From an uncultured Desulfobacterales bacterium (GTDB lineage Bacteria; Desulfobacterota; Desulfobacteria; Desulfobacterales; SURF-7), in contig CAZOEW010000001.1 in NCBI GenBank assembly GCA_964578935.1, positions 1-53,611 of the forward strand: DNA of 53,611 bases. Direction: 5' to 3'. Below are positions 33,824-43,576 of this stretch, one piece after another (positions within the stretch are counted from its first letter, which is position 1; every line of letters begins with the position of its first letter). The translations under genes and the position numbers were made by a program. The notes under the pieces are model-generated. The model did not search any database. It saw only the letters and a program-made list of their open reading frames with translations, and was not told the DNA's origin.

Positions 33824-34357
33824 CTATTCAGGCGTTTTCGGATCCAGTTCACCCAGGTATATGAATTCAATCCGACGGTTTAGAGCCTGTCCGGACTCGG
33901 TGTCATTTGAGGAGACAGGCATTGTTGCCCCGACGCCCTCGGCAGTCAGCCGGTTTTTATCAATTTGATATTTTTCGACAAGTATATCCATCACCTCTTT
34001 GGCCCGCAGCTTGGACAGGTTGAGGTTGTATTTTGCGGATCCTTTGCTGTCGGAATGCCCTTGAATCAGAATTTTTGCATTTCGGAGTTTTTCAGCTTTC
34101 AATGCGGTTGCAATCTGCTCCAACTGCGCCGTGAAACATTTATTGATTCTGGAAGAACCGGATTCGAAATGAATACCGACGATTCCAAGCTGGCCCGCCT
34201 TGATCTGTAATTCAGGCAGCTCTGTATTATTATCCGGCTTTTGAATCCTGTTTTCAGGTTTATTTTCATCTACAGCGCTTTCAGAAAGACAGGGTGATGA
34301 AGTCAGGAAAGTAAATCCTATACTCAGACAGGCGGCAAAAAATGAAATTCGTTTCAT
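33824..34357 (-). CDS. OmpA-family (peptidoglycan-associated) protein
   Basis: ORF 33824-34438. The likely start is MKRISFFAACLS (signal peptide). C-terminal OmpA_C motifs: IQGHSDSKGSAKYNLNLSKLRA..NRRIEF. Confidence 0.8.
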   Translation of the reverse strand: MKRISFFAACLSIGFTFLTSSPCLSESAVDENKPENRIQKPDNNTELPELQIKAGQLGIVGIHFESGSSRINKCFTAQLEQIATALKAEKLRNAKILIQGHSDSKGSAKYNLNLSKLRAKEVMDILVEKYQIDKNRLTAEGVGATMPVSSNDTESGQALNRRIEFIYLGELDPKTPE

Positions 34358-34409
34358 TGACATTTCCCAACCCGGCTTACCGGAAAAGTGATGATTGAAT
34401 AAAACGCGT

Positions 34410-35123
34410 CTATTGTTTTTTAGAAGAAATATCGCCATAGACGCTTATTTGAATCTCAGGTCGTATCTTGCTGTCTGTTTTTAACGTGATAATGTCAAAA
34501 TAACGACCCCCATCTGTTCTGATATTCTCTACCGTGAGAAGATAGCCCTTTCCTTCCGGATGCTCCACTTCTTTCAGTTCCTGCTGGATATTATCGCCAT
34601 TTTTGGCACTTACACTTAGAATTTTAAACGGATATTTTTTTTCAGGGATGATGTTTGCCGAGCTTTTTATGGATGCCCCGGATTCACCTGAAAGCCTGAG
34701 TCTTGAGGGAGAAATGGTTGCAAATTTTTCAACATATCCGGTTATAATCAGATTGAAACTTTTATTTTGCGGGTCATTGGTCTCAACCCGGATACTTTTA
34801 TTCACTTTCCGTCCGCCATATCCATCCGTATTTACTTTAATTTTTATTGTTCCCTCGCCACCGGGAGGGATTTGCTCTGTATAAGAGACGGCTGCGCAGC
34901 CTCAGCCGGGTTTGACTTTCATAATATCAAGCTGGGCTTTTCCTGTATTCTGTATGACAAAGTCATGTATAATTTCTTTCCCTTCGGTAATCGTTTCAAA
35001 TTTGTAGATTCCTTCAACCACATTCACCACCGGAAATGCCGTTGCTTCAATTTTGTTTTCCGCATAGCCGATTTGATAAAAAAGAAAAATAATAATAGCA
35101 GGTAAGATCGTTTTCAGTTTCAT
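34410..35123 (-). CDS. secreted DUF1573-like protein interrupted by one in-frame UGA (candidate selenoprotein, alternatively a pseudogene)
   Basis: ORFs 34902-35183 and 34410-34805 are in the same frame, and the 96 nt between them have no other stop (my translation). Reading through gives ..HDFVIQNTGKAQLDIMKVKPG-UGA-GCAAVSYTEQIPPGGEGTIKIKV..IRVETNDP. The signal peptide starts at MKLKTILPAIIIF (35123). Confidence 0.6.
34851..34870 (-). other. hairpin downstream of the UGA (weak SECIS candidate)
   Basis: Minus strand UCCCUC-CCGGUGGC-GAGGGA with GGU in the loop. The loop starts ~37 nt after the UGA, at the far edge of the reported bacterial SECIS spacing. A GGCUGCGCAGCC palindrome also directly follows the UGA. 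Confidence 0.25.
34902..34904 (-). other. in-frame UGA, candidate Sec codon
   Basis: The TGA falls where DUF1573-family proteins carry the first Cys of the conserved S-C-G-C-T motif. Here the sequence reads G-[UGA]-G-C-A. Confidence 0.5.
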
Positions 35124-35340
35124 AAACAGTTCCTCAAAAAATACGGATAATGAAAAAAATATGGTGTGCCAAGTTTTATGCATTTTAAATGGTTATTTTT
35201 GAAAGTCAAGAACGAGATGTGTAAAAAAGGCAAATCGTGTCCCTCCGGGAATCAGCTATTTTGTCCAAGTCCAAGGAAGGCAAAAATTTTAACCATATGA
35301 ATATATATAATATTTTGCGGATTAACCTGTGAGGCTGCGG

Positions 35341-35374
35341 ATAAAACCCGATTTTCGGAGACGAAGAAATCGGG
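35341..35374 (-). terminator. intrinsic terminator after priA
   Basis: Minus strand CCCGAUUU-loop-AAAUCGGG followed by UUUUAU, about 70 nt after the priA stop. Confidence 0.6.
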
Positions 35375-35446
35375 CAGAATAAACATTTATGGATGGACAT
35401 GGTTTACGGACATGGGCCTGACGCTCCCAATCCATGTCATGAACTT

Positions 35447-37891
35447 TTAAAGCATGAAGATCGGATCCACGTCCACAACCACTTTTACATTTCGATTTTG
35501 AGTGATATCAAGATCTTCAAACATTAGGCGGCTCACAAAGGTATGAAGTGTGCCGGTATTGGTTCCTTTGAGTAAAATATGCCATCTGAAATATCCGGCG
35601 ATCTTTGAAAAAGGAGCCTCCACCGGGCCAAGGATCTCAATGTCCTTCTGGAATCGACGCTCTTGTTGGCACATGGCTTTACAGCGCTCACCGGCAAGGA
35701 TGGCATGGGTTTTTGTTGTTTTTTTATCCCTTCCCGATATTTTGAGCTGAACGATTCTTGAAAATGGAGGGTAGTTCAATGCTTTTCGGAAAACAATTTC
35801 CTGGCTGTAAAACCTTTCATAGTCCTGAGCCTGAGCCGCGGTTATACTGAAATGATTTGGATTATATGTCTGCAGGATTACCCTGCCTTTGAGGTTCCCC
35901 CTGCCTGCTCTTCCGGCAACCTGGGCCAGAATCTGAAATGTAAGCTCACTTGCCCTGAAATCCGGGAAATTAAGGGAAAGATCTGCACAAATAATTCCCA
36001 CTAGCGTAATGTTGGGAAAGTCGTGGCCTTTTGCGACCATTTGCGTCCCAATCAGGATATCTATCTTATTCTTCCTTAACTCTTTCAAAATAGTAACCAT
36101 GGATCCCTTTTTGACCGTTGTGTCACGATCCATTCTCGTGATTCTCGCATCTGGAAAAAGATTCTCCATGGCGGCAGCCACCTTTTCTGTGCCGATTCCC
36201 AGCAGCTTGATAGCGGGGGAACCACATTTCCCACATGCGGAAACCGATGCACGGGTGTACCCGCAAAAATGACATTTATACGCATTGATTCCCTTGTGCA
36301 GTGTAAGTGAAATATCGCAGTTCTTGCACAGCATGGGTTCACCACAGGATGCACACACCGGGAAATTCGCGAAGCCTCGCCGGTTCAGAAAGAGAAGAAC
36401 CTGTTCTCCCCGCTCAAGATTTTTTTTAACCTCTTGGATCAGCTCCGGTGTGATAAATCTTCTCAGGCCTCTTTCATCCCGGTATCGGCAAAGGTCAACA
36501 ACCGTAACCTCCGGCAGCGGGCGATCATTGATTCTTTTTGTTAAATACAACCGGTCAAATTTTTTTAGATCTGCATTAAAGGAGGACTGGACTGAGGGTG
36601 TGGCGGAGCCAAGCAGGACAATCGCGTTCTGCTGTTTTGCCCTTACAATGGCAATATCCCTTGCATGATACCGCAGACTGCTTTCCTGTTTGTAGGAGCT
36701 GTCATGCTCTTCATCCACGATAATCACACCCAGTTCGGTAACCGGTGCAAAAACGGCTGATCGTGCGCCAATGACGATTTTTACTTTTTTCTCCAGGATT
36801 TTTAGCCACTGGTCATATCTTTCACCTGCGGACAGCCCGCTGTGCAGGACGGCAATACATTCTCCAAAGCGGGCTCTGAAGCGCCTTTCGGTTTGGGAAA
36901 TCAATGCGATCTCCGGGACCAGGACAAGGGCGGAGTATCCTTTTTTCACGGCAGATTCAGCGATGCGCATATAAACTTCCGTTTTCCCGCTTCCGGTTAC
37001 ACCGGAAAGAAGATAGGTGGTGAATCCTGTTCCCATCGAGCGCAGAATGGTTGAGACTGCTTTTTCCTGTTCCCGGGTGAGTTGGGGCGGAGTGTCCGGA
37101 GGAACCGGCTCGCCCAGGGGATCGCGATAAACGCTGCGCAGATCCTCTGACAGAAATCTGTTTTTAACCAGATATTCCGTATATCCTTCGGCGCCTTCCG
37201 TATTTGCCTTCAATTCTTTAAGCGAGATGCCGTCTGGATGCTTTGTTACAAGGTCTATAATCTGTTTTCTTTTTTCATAAAACCGGTCTTTCGGGATGTC
37301 TGCATTAATGACGGATAAAAATTTTTCTTCCCGCGGTCCGATGCTTTTCCCTTTGAGCAGGAGTTTTTTTTCGATAACCCCTTGTTCAACCATTCTTTGG
37401 ATCAGGGAGGAAATGGTTTCCTTCTGAAATTTTCGCTGTAGCGTTTTTTGCAGCACAGCGCCTGATTCAAGCAGTTTCAGGACTTTTTTTTCAGCCGGGG
37501 GAAGGGTGTTTCCGCAAAGTTGTTTTTTGCCGGAAGGAGTAATGGAAAGCTCGGCATAATCATATAGATTTATACCACCGGGAAGGGCCTTTTTGATGAC
37601 CTCGCCAACAGGATATTTATAGTATTCTGCAATCCACCTGAAAAACGGAATCATGGATTTCGGAAAAAGGGCTTTTTCATCCAGAATATCTAATATCAAT
37701 TTGGTTTTGCCCTCTTCCATCTTTTCAGCTGCCCCGAGTATGTAACCGGTAACCTTTCGATGCCCAAAGGGGATCAGGACTCTTCTGCCTTCTTCGGCAA
37801 AGGGCAATAGATTTGCCGGAATCCCGTATGTATAGGTATTGTATACGGGCAGGGCAACGGCAATATCTTTGTATGCTTCGGCTTCAGGCAT
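35447..37891 (-). CDS. priA: primosomal replication protein N' (PriA helicase)
   Basis: ORF 35447-38089. The likely start is M67 (MPEAEAYKDIAVALPV). Motifs: GVTGSGKTEVY, DEEHD, Cys-rich Zn insert (CASCGEPMLCKNC..CHFCGY..CGKCGS), GTQMVAKGHDFP. Confidence 0.9.
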   Translation of the reverse strand: MPEAEAYKDIAVALPVYNTYTYGIPANLLPFAEEGRRVLIPFGHRKVTGYILGAAEKMEEGKTKLILDILDEKALFPKSMIPFFRWIAEYYKYPVGEVIKKALPGGINLYDYAELSITPSGKKQLCGNTLPPAEKKVLKLLESGAVLQKTLQRKFQKETISSLIQRMVEQGVIEKKLLLKGKSIGPREEKFLSVINADIPKDRFYEKRKQIIDLVTKHPDGISLKELKANTEGAEGYTEYLVKNRFLSEDLRSVYRDPLGEPVPPDTPPQLTREQEKAVSTILRSMGTGFTTYLLSGVTGSGKTEVYMRIAESAVKKGYSALVLVPEIALISQTERRFRARFGECIAVLHSGLSAGERYDQWLKILEKKVKIVIGARSAVFAPVTELGVIIVDEEHDSSYKQESSLRYHARDIAIVRAKQQNAIVLLGSATPSVQSSFNADLKKFDRLYLTKRINDRPLPEVTVVDLCRYRDERGLRRFITPELIQEVKKNLERGEQVLLFLNRRGFANFPVCASCGEPMLCKNCDISLTLHKGINAYKCHFCGYTRASVSACGKCGSPAIKLLGIGTEKVAAAMENLFPDARITRMDRDTTVKKGSMVTILKELRKNKIDILIGTQMVAKGHDFPNITLVGIICADLSLNFPDFRASELTFQILAQVAGRAGRGNLKGRVILQTYNPNHFSITAAQAQDYERFYSQEIVFRKALNYPPFSRIVQLKISGRDKKTTKTHAILAGERCKAMCQQERRFQKDIEILGPVEAPFSKIAGYFRWHILLKGTNTGTLHTFVSRLMFEDLDITQNRNVKVVVDVDPIFML

Positions 37892-38109
37892 ACTGTTTCC
37901 TTTCCGGGGATAGGCGTTGAAATTTATCCTTACCCTATAGATCACGAACTCCGGGCGATCAAGGGGCATTTTTTTTCTGGTTGCAAAGCCTGCGTTTTTG
38001 TTTCTTAAATACCGGTTGTGTTTTGCATACGGTGCTGTTATGAATGAACAATTTTGATTTTCTGTTTTCTTGCCCGCCAGGTCAACCATACGATGAAAGA
38101 TGCCTTTTG

Positions 38110-39558
38110 ATGGAAAAAGAGATGAAATTGTTTTGTGTGCACCACCCTACGAAGCCGGCTCATTTCCAATGTTCGCAATGTAATTCAACCTTTTGTCCGG
38201 ATTGCATCACCACAAGGGAGAAGGGAGGTTCGGGCAAAGGGGAACTGTTAAATCTCTGTCCGAAATGCATGGCTCCCTCCGACTGGATCGGTGCCGCCAA
38301 TCTCATCGAACCCTTCTGGAGCAGGCTTCCCAAATTTTTTATTTACCCTCTGGCCTTGCAGCCTTTTGGGCTCCTGCTGGGTATGTCATTTGCCGGTTTT
38401 ATCTTCAGGGGGCCGGGATTCATAAGCCTTTTTGTACAAATTGCGATCTGGGGAATCATATTGAAGTATTCCTACGCAGCACTCAAGACGACAGCTCGGG
38501 GTGATCTGGTGCCTCCGAAGATTGATTCGAAAACCATTTCGGATGACTTTCATCAGGTTTTCAAGCAGCTTGGTATCTTTATCGCTATTTTTTTGGGATT
38601 TATTGGTATCCAGCAAGTGGTCGGAATTTTTTTTGCCTTTATATTTCTGATTGTTGCGATTCTGTCTGTCCCTGCAATGATTATTATCTTTGTAACAACG
38701 GAAAGCCTGATGCATGCCATCAATCCGATCCTTTTTATTCAGCTTGCGCTTCGGATAGGCTGGGGATATCTTCTCATGTATTTTTTTCTGGTCCTGCTTT
38801 TTTTTGCACCTGCGGCTCTGGCACAATTCGCATTCAGAATTCTTCCGCCGGACCTGACCATATTTCTTTTCAGCCTGGGTAAAAATTACTATACCATCAT
38901 CTCCTACCATCTGATGGGGTATGTAATCCTTCAATATCACCAAAATATAGGATACAAAATTGAGTTTGAAGATTTCAGGGATTCTCCTGACTCCAGGAAG
39001 GATTCAAAACAAGAAAAGGTGCCGGAACTTTTGAGTAAAATCAATTTCATGTTCAAGGAAGGCCGGCATGATGAAGCGCTTGCTTTGATCCAGGAGGAGG
39101 AAAAAAAGGACGGTATCCATGATCCTGACATTTCAGAATGCTATTTTAAACTGCTCGCCATGAAAAATCGGATAGACGAAATGCTGGTTTACGGAAAAAA
39201 ACACCTGGGAATGATGGTGCAGAGAAACGAGAAACGAAAAGCCTGCGAGACTTATAAACAGTGCATTGCCAAAGACCCCGGGTTTGCTGCTGACGCGTCT
39301 GTTCTGTTCAAATTGGGCGGATGGCTGAATGAATTCGGAAAATCAAGAGAAGCGATAGGCGCATACAATCGGCTTGTAAAAAAATTTCCGGATGCTCCCC
39401 TGGTTCCGAAAACGCTTTTCCGTGCGGCACAGATTTACAATGACAGGCTCATGAATCCGGCAAAGGCGGAAATCATATTGAATACGGTAATCAAAAAATA
39501 TCCGGATTATGAACATATTTCAAGTATTCAAAATTATCTTGCCCAGATGAAGTCATGA
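38110..39558 (+). CDS. membrane protein with N-terminal B-box-like zinc finger, polytopic core and C-terminal TPR-like region
   Basis: ORF 38044-39558. The likely start is MEKEMKLFCVHHP. It has CxxH..CxxC..CxxC..CxxC at the N-terminus, about six hydrophobic segments, and a helical-repeat C-terminus (ACETYKQCIAKDP.., AIGAYNRLVKKFP..). Confidence 0.55.
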   Translation: MEKEMKLFCVHHPTKPAHFQCSQCNSTFCPDCITTREKGGSGKGELLNLCPKCMAPSDWIGAANLIEPFWSRLPKFFIYPLALQPFGLLLGMSFAGFIFRGPGFISLFVQIAIWGIILKYSYAALKTTARGDLVPPKIDSKTISDDFHQVFKQLGIFIAIFLGFIGIQQVVGIFFAFIFLIVAILSVPAMIIIFVTTESLMHAINPILFIQLALRIGWGYLLMYFFLVLLFFAPAALAQFAFRILPPDLTIFLFSLGKNYYTIISYHLMGYVILQYHQNIGYKIEFEDFRDSPDSRKDSKQEKVPELLSKINFMFKEGRHDEALALIQEEEKKDGIHDPDISECYFKLLAMKNRIDEMLVYGKKHLGMMVQRNEKRKACETYKQCIAKDPGFAADASVLFKLGGWLNEFGKSREAIGAYNRLVKKFPDAPLVPKTLFRAAQIYNDRLMNPAKAEIILNTVIKKYPDYEHISSIQNYLAQMKS

Positions 39559-39771
39559 TTGTCCTCTGCCGGTTCCGATATAGATGCGCAGGAAGACAAG
39601 GAGGCACAGAATGATGATAATCAAAATACCGGGGGTAGTCAGCCACGATTTGAACCAGGACTCCCCTTTTGCTTTAAGTTCTTTTCTTTCCTGATCATAC
39701 CAGCGGCCGAGCAGAAGTGCCGCGACAAGTACAGCAGCCAGTTTTAGATAATATAAAAAAGTCACCAACAT
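39553..39771 (-). CDS. small two-TM membrane protein (hypothetical)
   Basis: 72-aa ORF with two hydrophobic helices flanking a charged loop. No motif recognised. Confidence 0.3.
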   Translation of the reverse strand: MLVTFLYYLKLAAVLVAALLLGRWYDQERKELKAKGESWFKSWLTTPGILIIIILCLLVFLRIYIGTGRGQS

Positions 39772-39923
39772 GTTTTCTTCCTGCGTTTTAGGTTAATATC
39801 CCCTGGATTGTTGATATACCTTGATAATTTTTTTATTACCATATAAAATTTAATACAATCTTGCAAATTCTGATTACGAAGCCATCAACATTAAAATTCA
39901 ATGTTTACAACAGTGTAACGATT

Positions 39924-40217
39924 ATGCGGTTAGATCACAATGTGGTTCATCGAAAGGTTTTTGCGCCATGGTATGATACGGAAACGATATGTATCCTTTT
40001 AATATTTTTTCTGGTTCTTGTTTTCTTGTTCAGTCTTGCCGGCATTTCAGTCTGCGGTGAAAATCCGGAATTCCGGGATCATGTCTGGGTGCCTGTTTTT
40101 TTGCTCTTTGCAAGCGGCATGGTGCTTATTTCCATAACCATACGGCTGGTGCGAAGACACATTGACCGTTACCAGAACAGGTATCTGAAGGATTTTTCAT
40201 CCGATGGGCTTGAATAG
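39924..40217 (+). CDS. small two-TM membrane protein (hypothetical)
   Basis: ORF 39861-40217. The ATG at 39924 (MRLDHN) is the first canonical start. Two hydrophobic helices. Confidence 0.3.
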   Translation: MRLDHNVVHRKVFAPWYDTETICILLIFFLVLVFLFSLAGISVCGENPEFRDHVWVPVFLLFASGMVLISITIRLVRRHIDRYQNRYLKDFSSDGLE

Positions 40218-40233
40218 GATTCATGCAGGCGGT

Positions 40234-40827
40234 TTATTGATGAACGCAGGTAGCGCTTTGCAGGCAGGGAAGCATCATTTCAATGAAAAAATGCAGAATT
40301 TTTGCCGTAAGCCCCCATACGGTTATGCCCTCGTACGGATAGATCAGTGTATAACCATCCGGCATTCTTCCGGAGAAGTTTTCCTGCTGGTGGATTTTAA
40401 CCAGATGGTCGATCGGTATGTTAACGATTCTGGATATTTCAGCGGGGTCGTAAACAACGTGACTCTTTTCATTCCATAACCCGATGAACACCTCTACATC
40501 TCTTTCAAAAATGGTTTGAAAATGTCCCATTGAACCGACAAGCTCAACATGCTCCGGTGGTATGTTGAGCTCTTCTTCAAGTTCCCTGTAGACGGCATTC
40601 AGACGACCGGTATCACTTTTATCCACATGACCGCCCGGAAGTGCCACCTGGTTTCTCCAGGGATACCCCTCATTGTCGGCTTTCTGAATTGTCAGAATCA
40701 GTGGGCATTGGTTCAAATTGAAAATCAGTAAAAATACGCATGCCGCCTTGAAGTCATCACCTGCCGGAGGTTCGGGAAGAATGGTATCATCAAGACGCTG
40801 TTTCAAACATGAAGCTGTAATGGTCAT
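40234..40827 (-). CDS. NUDIX hydrolase (CoA pyrophosphatase-like)
   Basis: 197-aa ORF with Nudix box LPGGHVDKSDTGRLNAVYRELEEELNI. The start overlaps the stop of the upstream gene (ATGA). Confidence 0.75.
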   Translation of the reverse strand: MTITASCLKQRLDDTILPEPPAGDDFKAACVFLLIFNLNQCPLILTIQKADNEGYPWRNQVALPGGHVDKSDTGRLNAVYRELEEELNIPPEHVELVGSMGHFQTIFERDVEVFIGLWNEKSHVVYDPAEISRIVNIPIDHLVKIHQQENFSGRMPDGYTLIYPYEGITVWGLTAKILHFFIEMMLPCLQSATCVHQ

Positions 40828-41300
40828 GGAAGGTTTCGGTTGTCGATAAAATTTTTCAGTGTCATTTTTTGATAGCTGCCGGTTTGAATGAATTCCAGAT
40901 ATAAAATCATTTCAGAAGGGGGTATGTAACCGGGCCTGTTGGCTATTTTTTCATCTGTTTCCTTAAGAAACCAGTTTGTAGGCAGCCCCCGGACTTTGTA
41001 TCGTTGAGCGAGTTCTCTTTCCTGGTCGGAATTCACTTTTATGGAAATAAAGTTTTGATTCAGATAGGAGACCACGGCAGCATCTTTAAAGGTTGTATTG
41101 TTCATGACTTTGCAGTAACCGCACCAGTCTGCGTAAAAGTGCAGAAAGATTTTTTTCTTTTCCGCTTTACCGGCGGTTATCCCCTTGTCATATGAATACC
41201 AGTTGATCTCTTGTGTTGCTGTATTTTCAGCATAAGAAATTTGAACAATAGGAATCAAAAGCAGCGATGACAGACAGATTGTAAACAAAATTTTTTTCAT
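40824..41300 (-). CDS. periplasmic thioredoxin-fold protein
   Basis: 158-aa ORF with a signal peptide and HFYADWCGYCKVM (CxxC). Confidence 0.75.
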   Translation of the reverse strand: MKKILFTICLSSLLLIPIVQISYAENTATQEINWYSYDKGITAGKAEKKKIFLHFYADWCGYCKVMNNTTFKDAAVVSYLNQNFISIKVNSDQERELAQRYKVRGLPTNWFLKETDEKIANRPGYIPPSEMILYLEFIQTGSYQKMTLKNFIDNRNLP

Positions 41301-41322
41301 AATATCGTTTAAGCACCTGTTG

Positions 41323-42009
41323 TTAAAATAGTTTATCGGTTAAAAGCAAAAGCCCAATGGTAATCAGAAGAACTCCTGCCACGGCGTTTATATATCGGAT
41401 GAGTCTTATGGCCTTTTTAATAAAGACAAGAAGAAAATTAATAAAGATCGATATCAGAATAAAAGGTACTGCAAGACCGGCCGAATATACGACAAGAAGC
41501 AATACTCCTGTACGGACGGTTTCCTGACTGCCTGCAATGATCAGAATAGACCCCAGCAATGGTCCGATACACGGGCTCCAGCCGGCTCCGAAAGCCATTC
41601 CAATAAAAAAAGTGCCCAGGAAGTGAAGGGGTTTTTTCTGAAGATGGAGTCTTTTTTCAACATTAAGATAACGGATACGGATCAGGCCTGTCAAATGAAT
41701 ACCGAAAATGATGATGACAACACCGCCGATTTTAGTAATAACATTCCGATATTCAAAAATAAAACTTCCGAGATAGGACGCGGAAGCTCCAAGAAGGATA
41801 AATACGAATGAAAATCCGCTGACATATAATAGTGTTGAACTCAGTATTTTAATACGCAAGGCGGACGCCTTGCCTTCGATCAGCTCTTCCATGGAAAGAC
41901 CCGTAATAAAAGAAAAATAGGCAGGAATCAGCGGGAGGATACATGGAGAAAAGAAGGATGCCAGGCCGGCCAGAAGTGCAAGATGATATGGTATGTTTTC
42001 GGTCATCAT
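41323..42009 (-). CDS. ccdA: cytochrome c biogenesis / thiol-disulfide electron transporter CcdA (DsbD-core family)
   Basis: 228-aa polytopic ORF with FFSPCILPLIP and WSPCIGPLLG, the two conserved Cys motifs. Confidence 0.85.
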   Translation of the reverse strand: MMTENIPYHLALLAGLASFFSPCILPLIPAYFSFITGLSMEELIEGKASALRIKILSSTLLYVSGFSFVFILLGASASYLGSFIFEYRNVITKIGGVVIIIFGIHLTGLIRIRYLNVEKRLHLQKKPLHFLGTFFIGMAFGAGWSPCIGPLLGSILIIAGSQETVRTGVLLLVVYSAGLAVPFILISIFINFLLVFIKKAIRLIRYINAVAGVLLITIGLLLLTDKLF

Positions 42010-42025
42010 GACAAAAGATTGATCC

Positions 42026-42925
42026 TTACGGGTTGCTCAGTTCCCGGGATCGTTCCGCTGCTCGTGAAATGGCTTCGACGAAAATCTCTTTTACCCGGTT
42101 TGAATCAAGAATTTGAAAGGCCGCTTCGGTCGTTCCGCCAGGTGATGTAACCTTTTGACGTAGAATTTCAGGGGGTTCTTTGCTCTCCTGCATCAATCTG
42201 AGAGCCCCCTCTATGGTTTTCATGGTCAGGGTTACCGCTGTATCCGGATCGAAACCAAGGGTAATACCGGCATCGATCATTATCTCAGCGAGGTAAAACG
42301 CATACGCAGGCCCTGAACCTGAAAGAGCTGTCACCGCATCAAGGTCCTCCTCTTTCACCTCAACCACTTCACCCATAGCTTTGAGAATGGTTCCGGCGGT
42401 TTGAATGTCTTCGGCTGACGCATATCGGTTGCCGCTCATACCTGACATGCCGGAAAGAACAAGGGCCGGTGTGTTGGGCATGACCCGGATAATCGGCAGC
42501 TTTTCAGACTTACGCCTGTCAAGGGTCGCGTATAAAAGGGTTTCAAGCTTTTTAATGGTGATTCCGGCAGCGATGGAGATGATCAGCTTTTTTTCTGAAA
42601 GATCCGAATACCCTTCTTTCCCAGTCAGATCCAAAAGGACCTGTTCCATCACCTGCGGTTTTACGGCAAGAATCAGAATTTCACATTCCCGAAAAAGTCC
42701 AACATTATCTTTCAGGGTGTTGATCTTATACGTCTGTTCTAGGTCTGCGAGTCTTTTTTCACGGATATCGCTTATAAAAAGTTCCGAGGGGTCATTCAGC
42801 CCTGAACGTATCATCGCACCTGCGAACGCTTCCCCCATGTTGCCCGCTCCGATGATGCCGATTTTTTTGTTGAGTCTGTTCAAAATTGGTTCTCTCCTTT
42901 TTTCCCCTCGGGTGATTTTAAGCAT
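42026..42925 (-). CDS. proC: pyrroline-5-carboxylate reductase
   Basis: 299-aa ORF with KIGIIGAGNMGEA, RVMPNTPA and SPGGTTEA. An alternative TTG start at 42883 has AAGGAGAG upstream. Confidence 0.85.
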   Translation of the reverse strand: MLKITRGEKRREPILNRLNKKIGIIGAGNMGEAFAGAMIRSGLNDPSELFISDIREKRLADLEQTYKINTLKDNVGLFRECEILILAVKPQVMEQVLLDLTGKEGYSDLSEKKLIISIAAGITIKKLETLLYATLDRRKSEKLPIIRVMPNTPALVLSGMSGMSGNRYASAEDIQTAGTILKAMGEVVEVKEEDLDAVTALSGSGPAYAFYLAEIMIDAGITLGFDPDTAVTLTMKTIEGALRLMQESKEPPEILRQKVTSPGGTTEAAFQILDSNRVKEIFVEAISRAAERSRELSNP

Positions 42926-43201
42926 TTATATTTAACTTAATTGGGAGGGTTCTACAAATACTTTTTTCAGCATTGTCCTGAGAAAGGAATTTTATGACAG
43001 ATGGGGTTAAAAAAAATTTCGATTGATTAAAAGGAGTGTATCACGTTAATTTTTTATGTAGCGGATTTTGAATTTCCCGATGTTTTTTTTGAAATCTCTT
43101 GACTTATGGCTGAGATATCATTAAATTTTTTAGGAATAGGCAGCGGTCTGTCCATTTTATACTACCGAAGTCTCTACAATTTTAATAAGGTTTTCAAAAA
43201 C

Positions 43202-43507
43202 ATGTTTATATTGGGTAACTTTCTCGAAGCCGTTGCAACGGTTATCCATTACATACTCACATTGTTCATGTGGGTTGTCATTGCACGAGCAGTTCTTTCC
43301 TGGGTTAATCCAGATCCTTTTAATCCGATAGTGCGGTTTATACATAATGTAACCGAACCGGTTCTGTACCGTATCCGAACGACAATTCCAGCTGTTCTGG
43401 GCGGAATAGACTTTTCACCCATTATTGTATTTTTAGCGATTGTCTTTCTGGATAAATTCATTGTAGGCAACCTCATAATTTTATCAAGGAGAATGTTAAT
43501 CGGTTAA
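43202..43507 (+). CDS. yggT: YggT family membrane protein
   Basis: ORF 43106-43507. The internal start MFILGNFLEAV.. fits the ~100-aa family. Motif: ARAVLSWVNPDPFNPIVRFIHNVTEPVL. Confidence 0.8.
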   Translation: MFILGNFLEAVATVIHYILTLFMWVVIARAVLSWVNPDPFNPIVRFIHNVTEPVLYRIRTTIPAVLGGIDFSPIIVFLAIVFLDKFIVGNLIILSRRMLIG

Positions 43508-43576
43508 ATGGCATCCTGATGAAAGGGTTTAAAATTTTTACCCTGAAAGTTACAGCCTGTTAACGGAGGCGATAAA

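Noticed and set aside
35206-35400. 64-aa minus-strand ORF in the priA to DUF1573 intergenic region
   Set aside because: It overlaps the priA terminator hairpin, has no RBS or motif, and has an odd composition. It is probably non-coding promoter or terminator DNA.
37892-38089. N-terminal 66-aa extension of the priA ORF, and similar 5' extensions of ispG (20257-20292), trxA (27752-27805), yggT (43106-43201), pilT (44170-44223) and ompA-like (34358-34438)
   Set aside because: The extensions lack family-typical sequence. Internal Met codons reproduce the canonical N-termini, so I used those starts.
38386-38943. 185-aa minus-strand ORF
   Set aside because: It is antisense to the membrane-protein gene. 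It is very Lys/Arg/Asn-rich, mirroring Phe/Leu/Ile codons of the TM helices.
42405-42935. 176-aa plus-strand ORF
   Set aside because: It is antisense to proC, so this is a shadow ORF.
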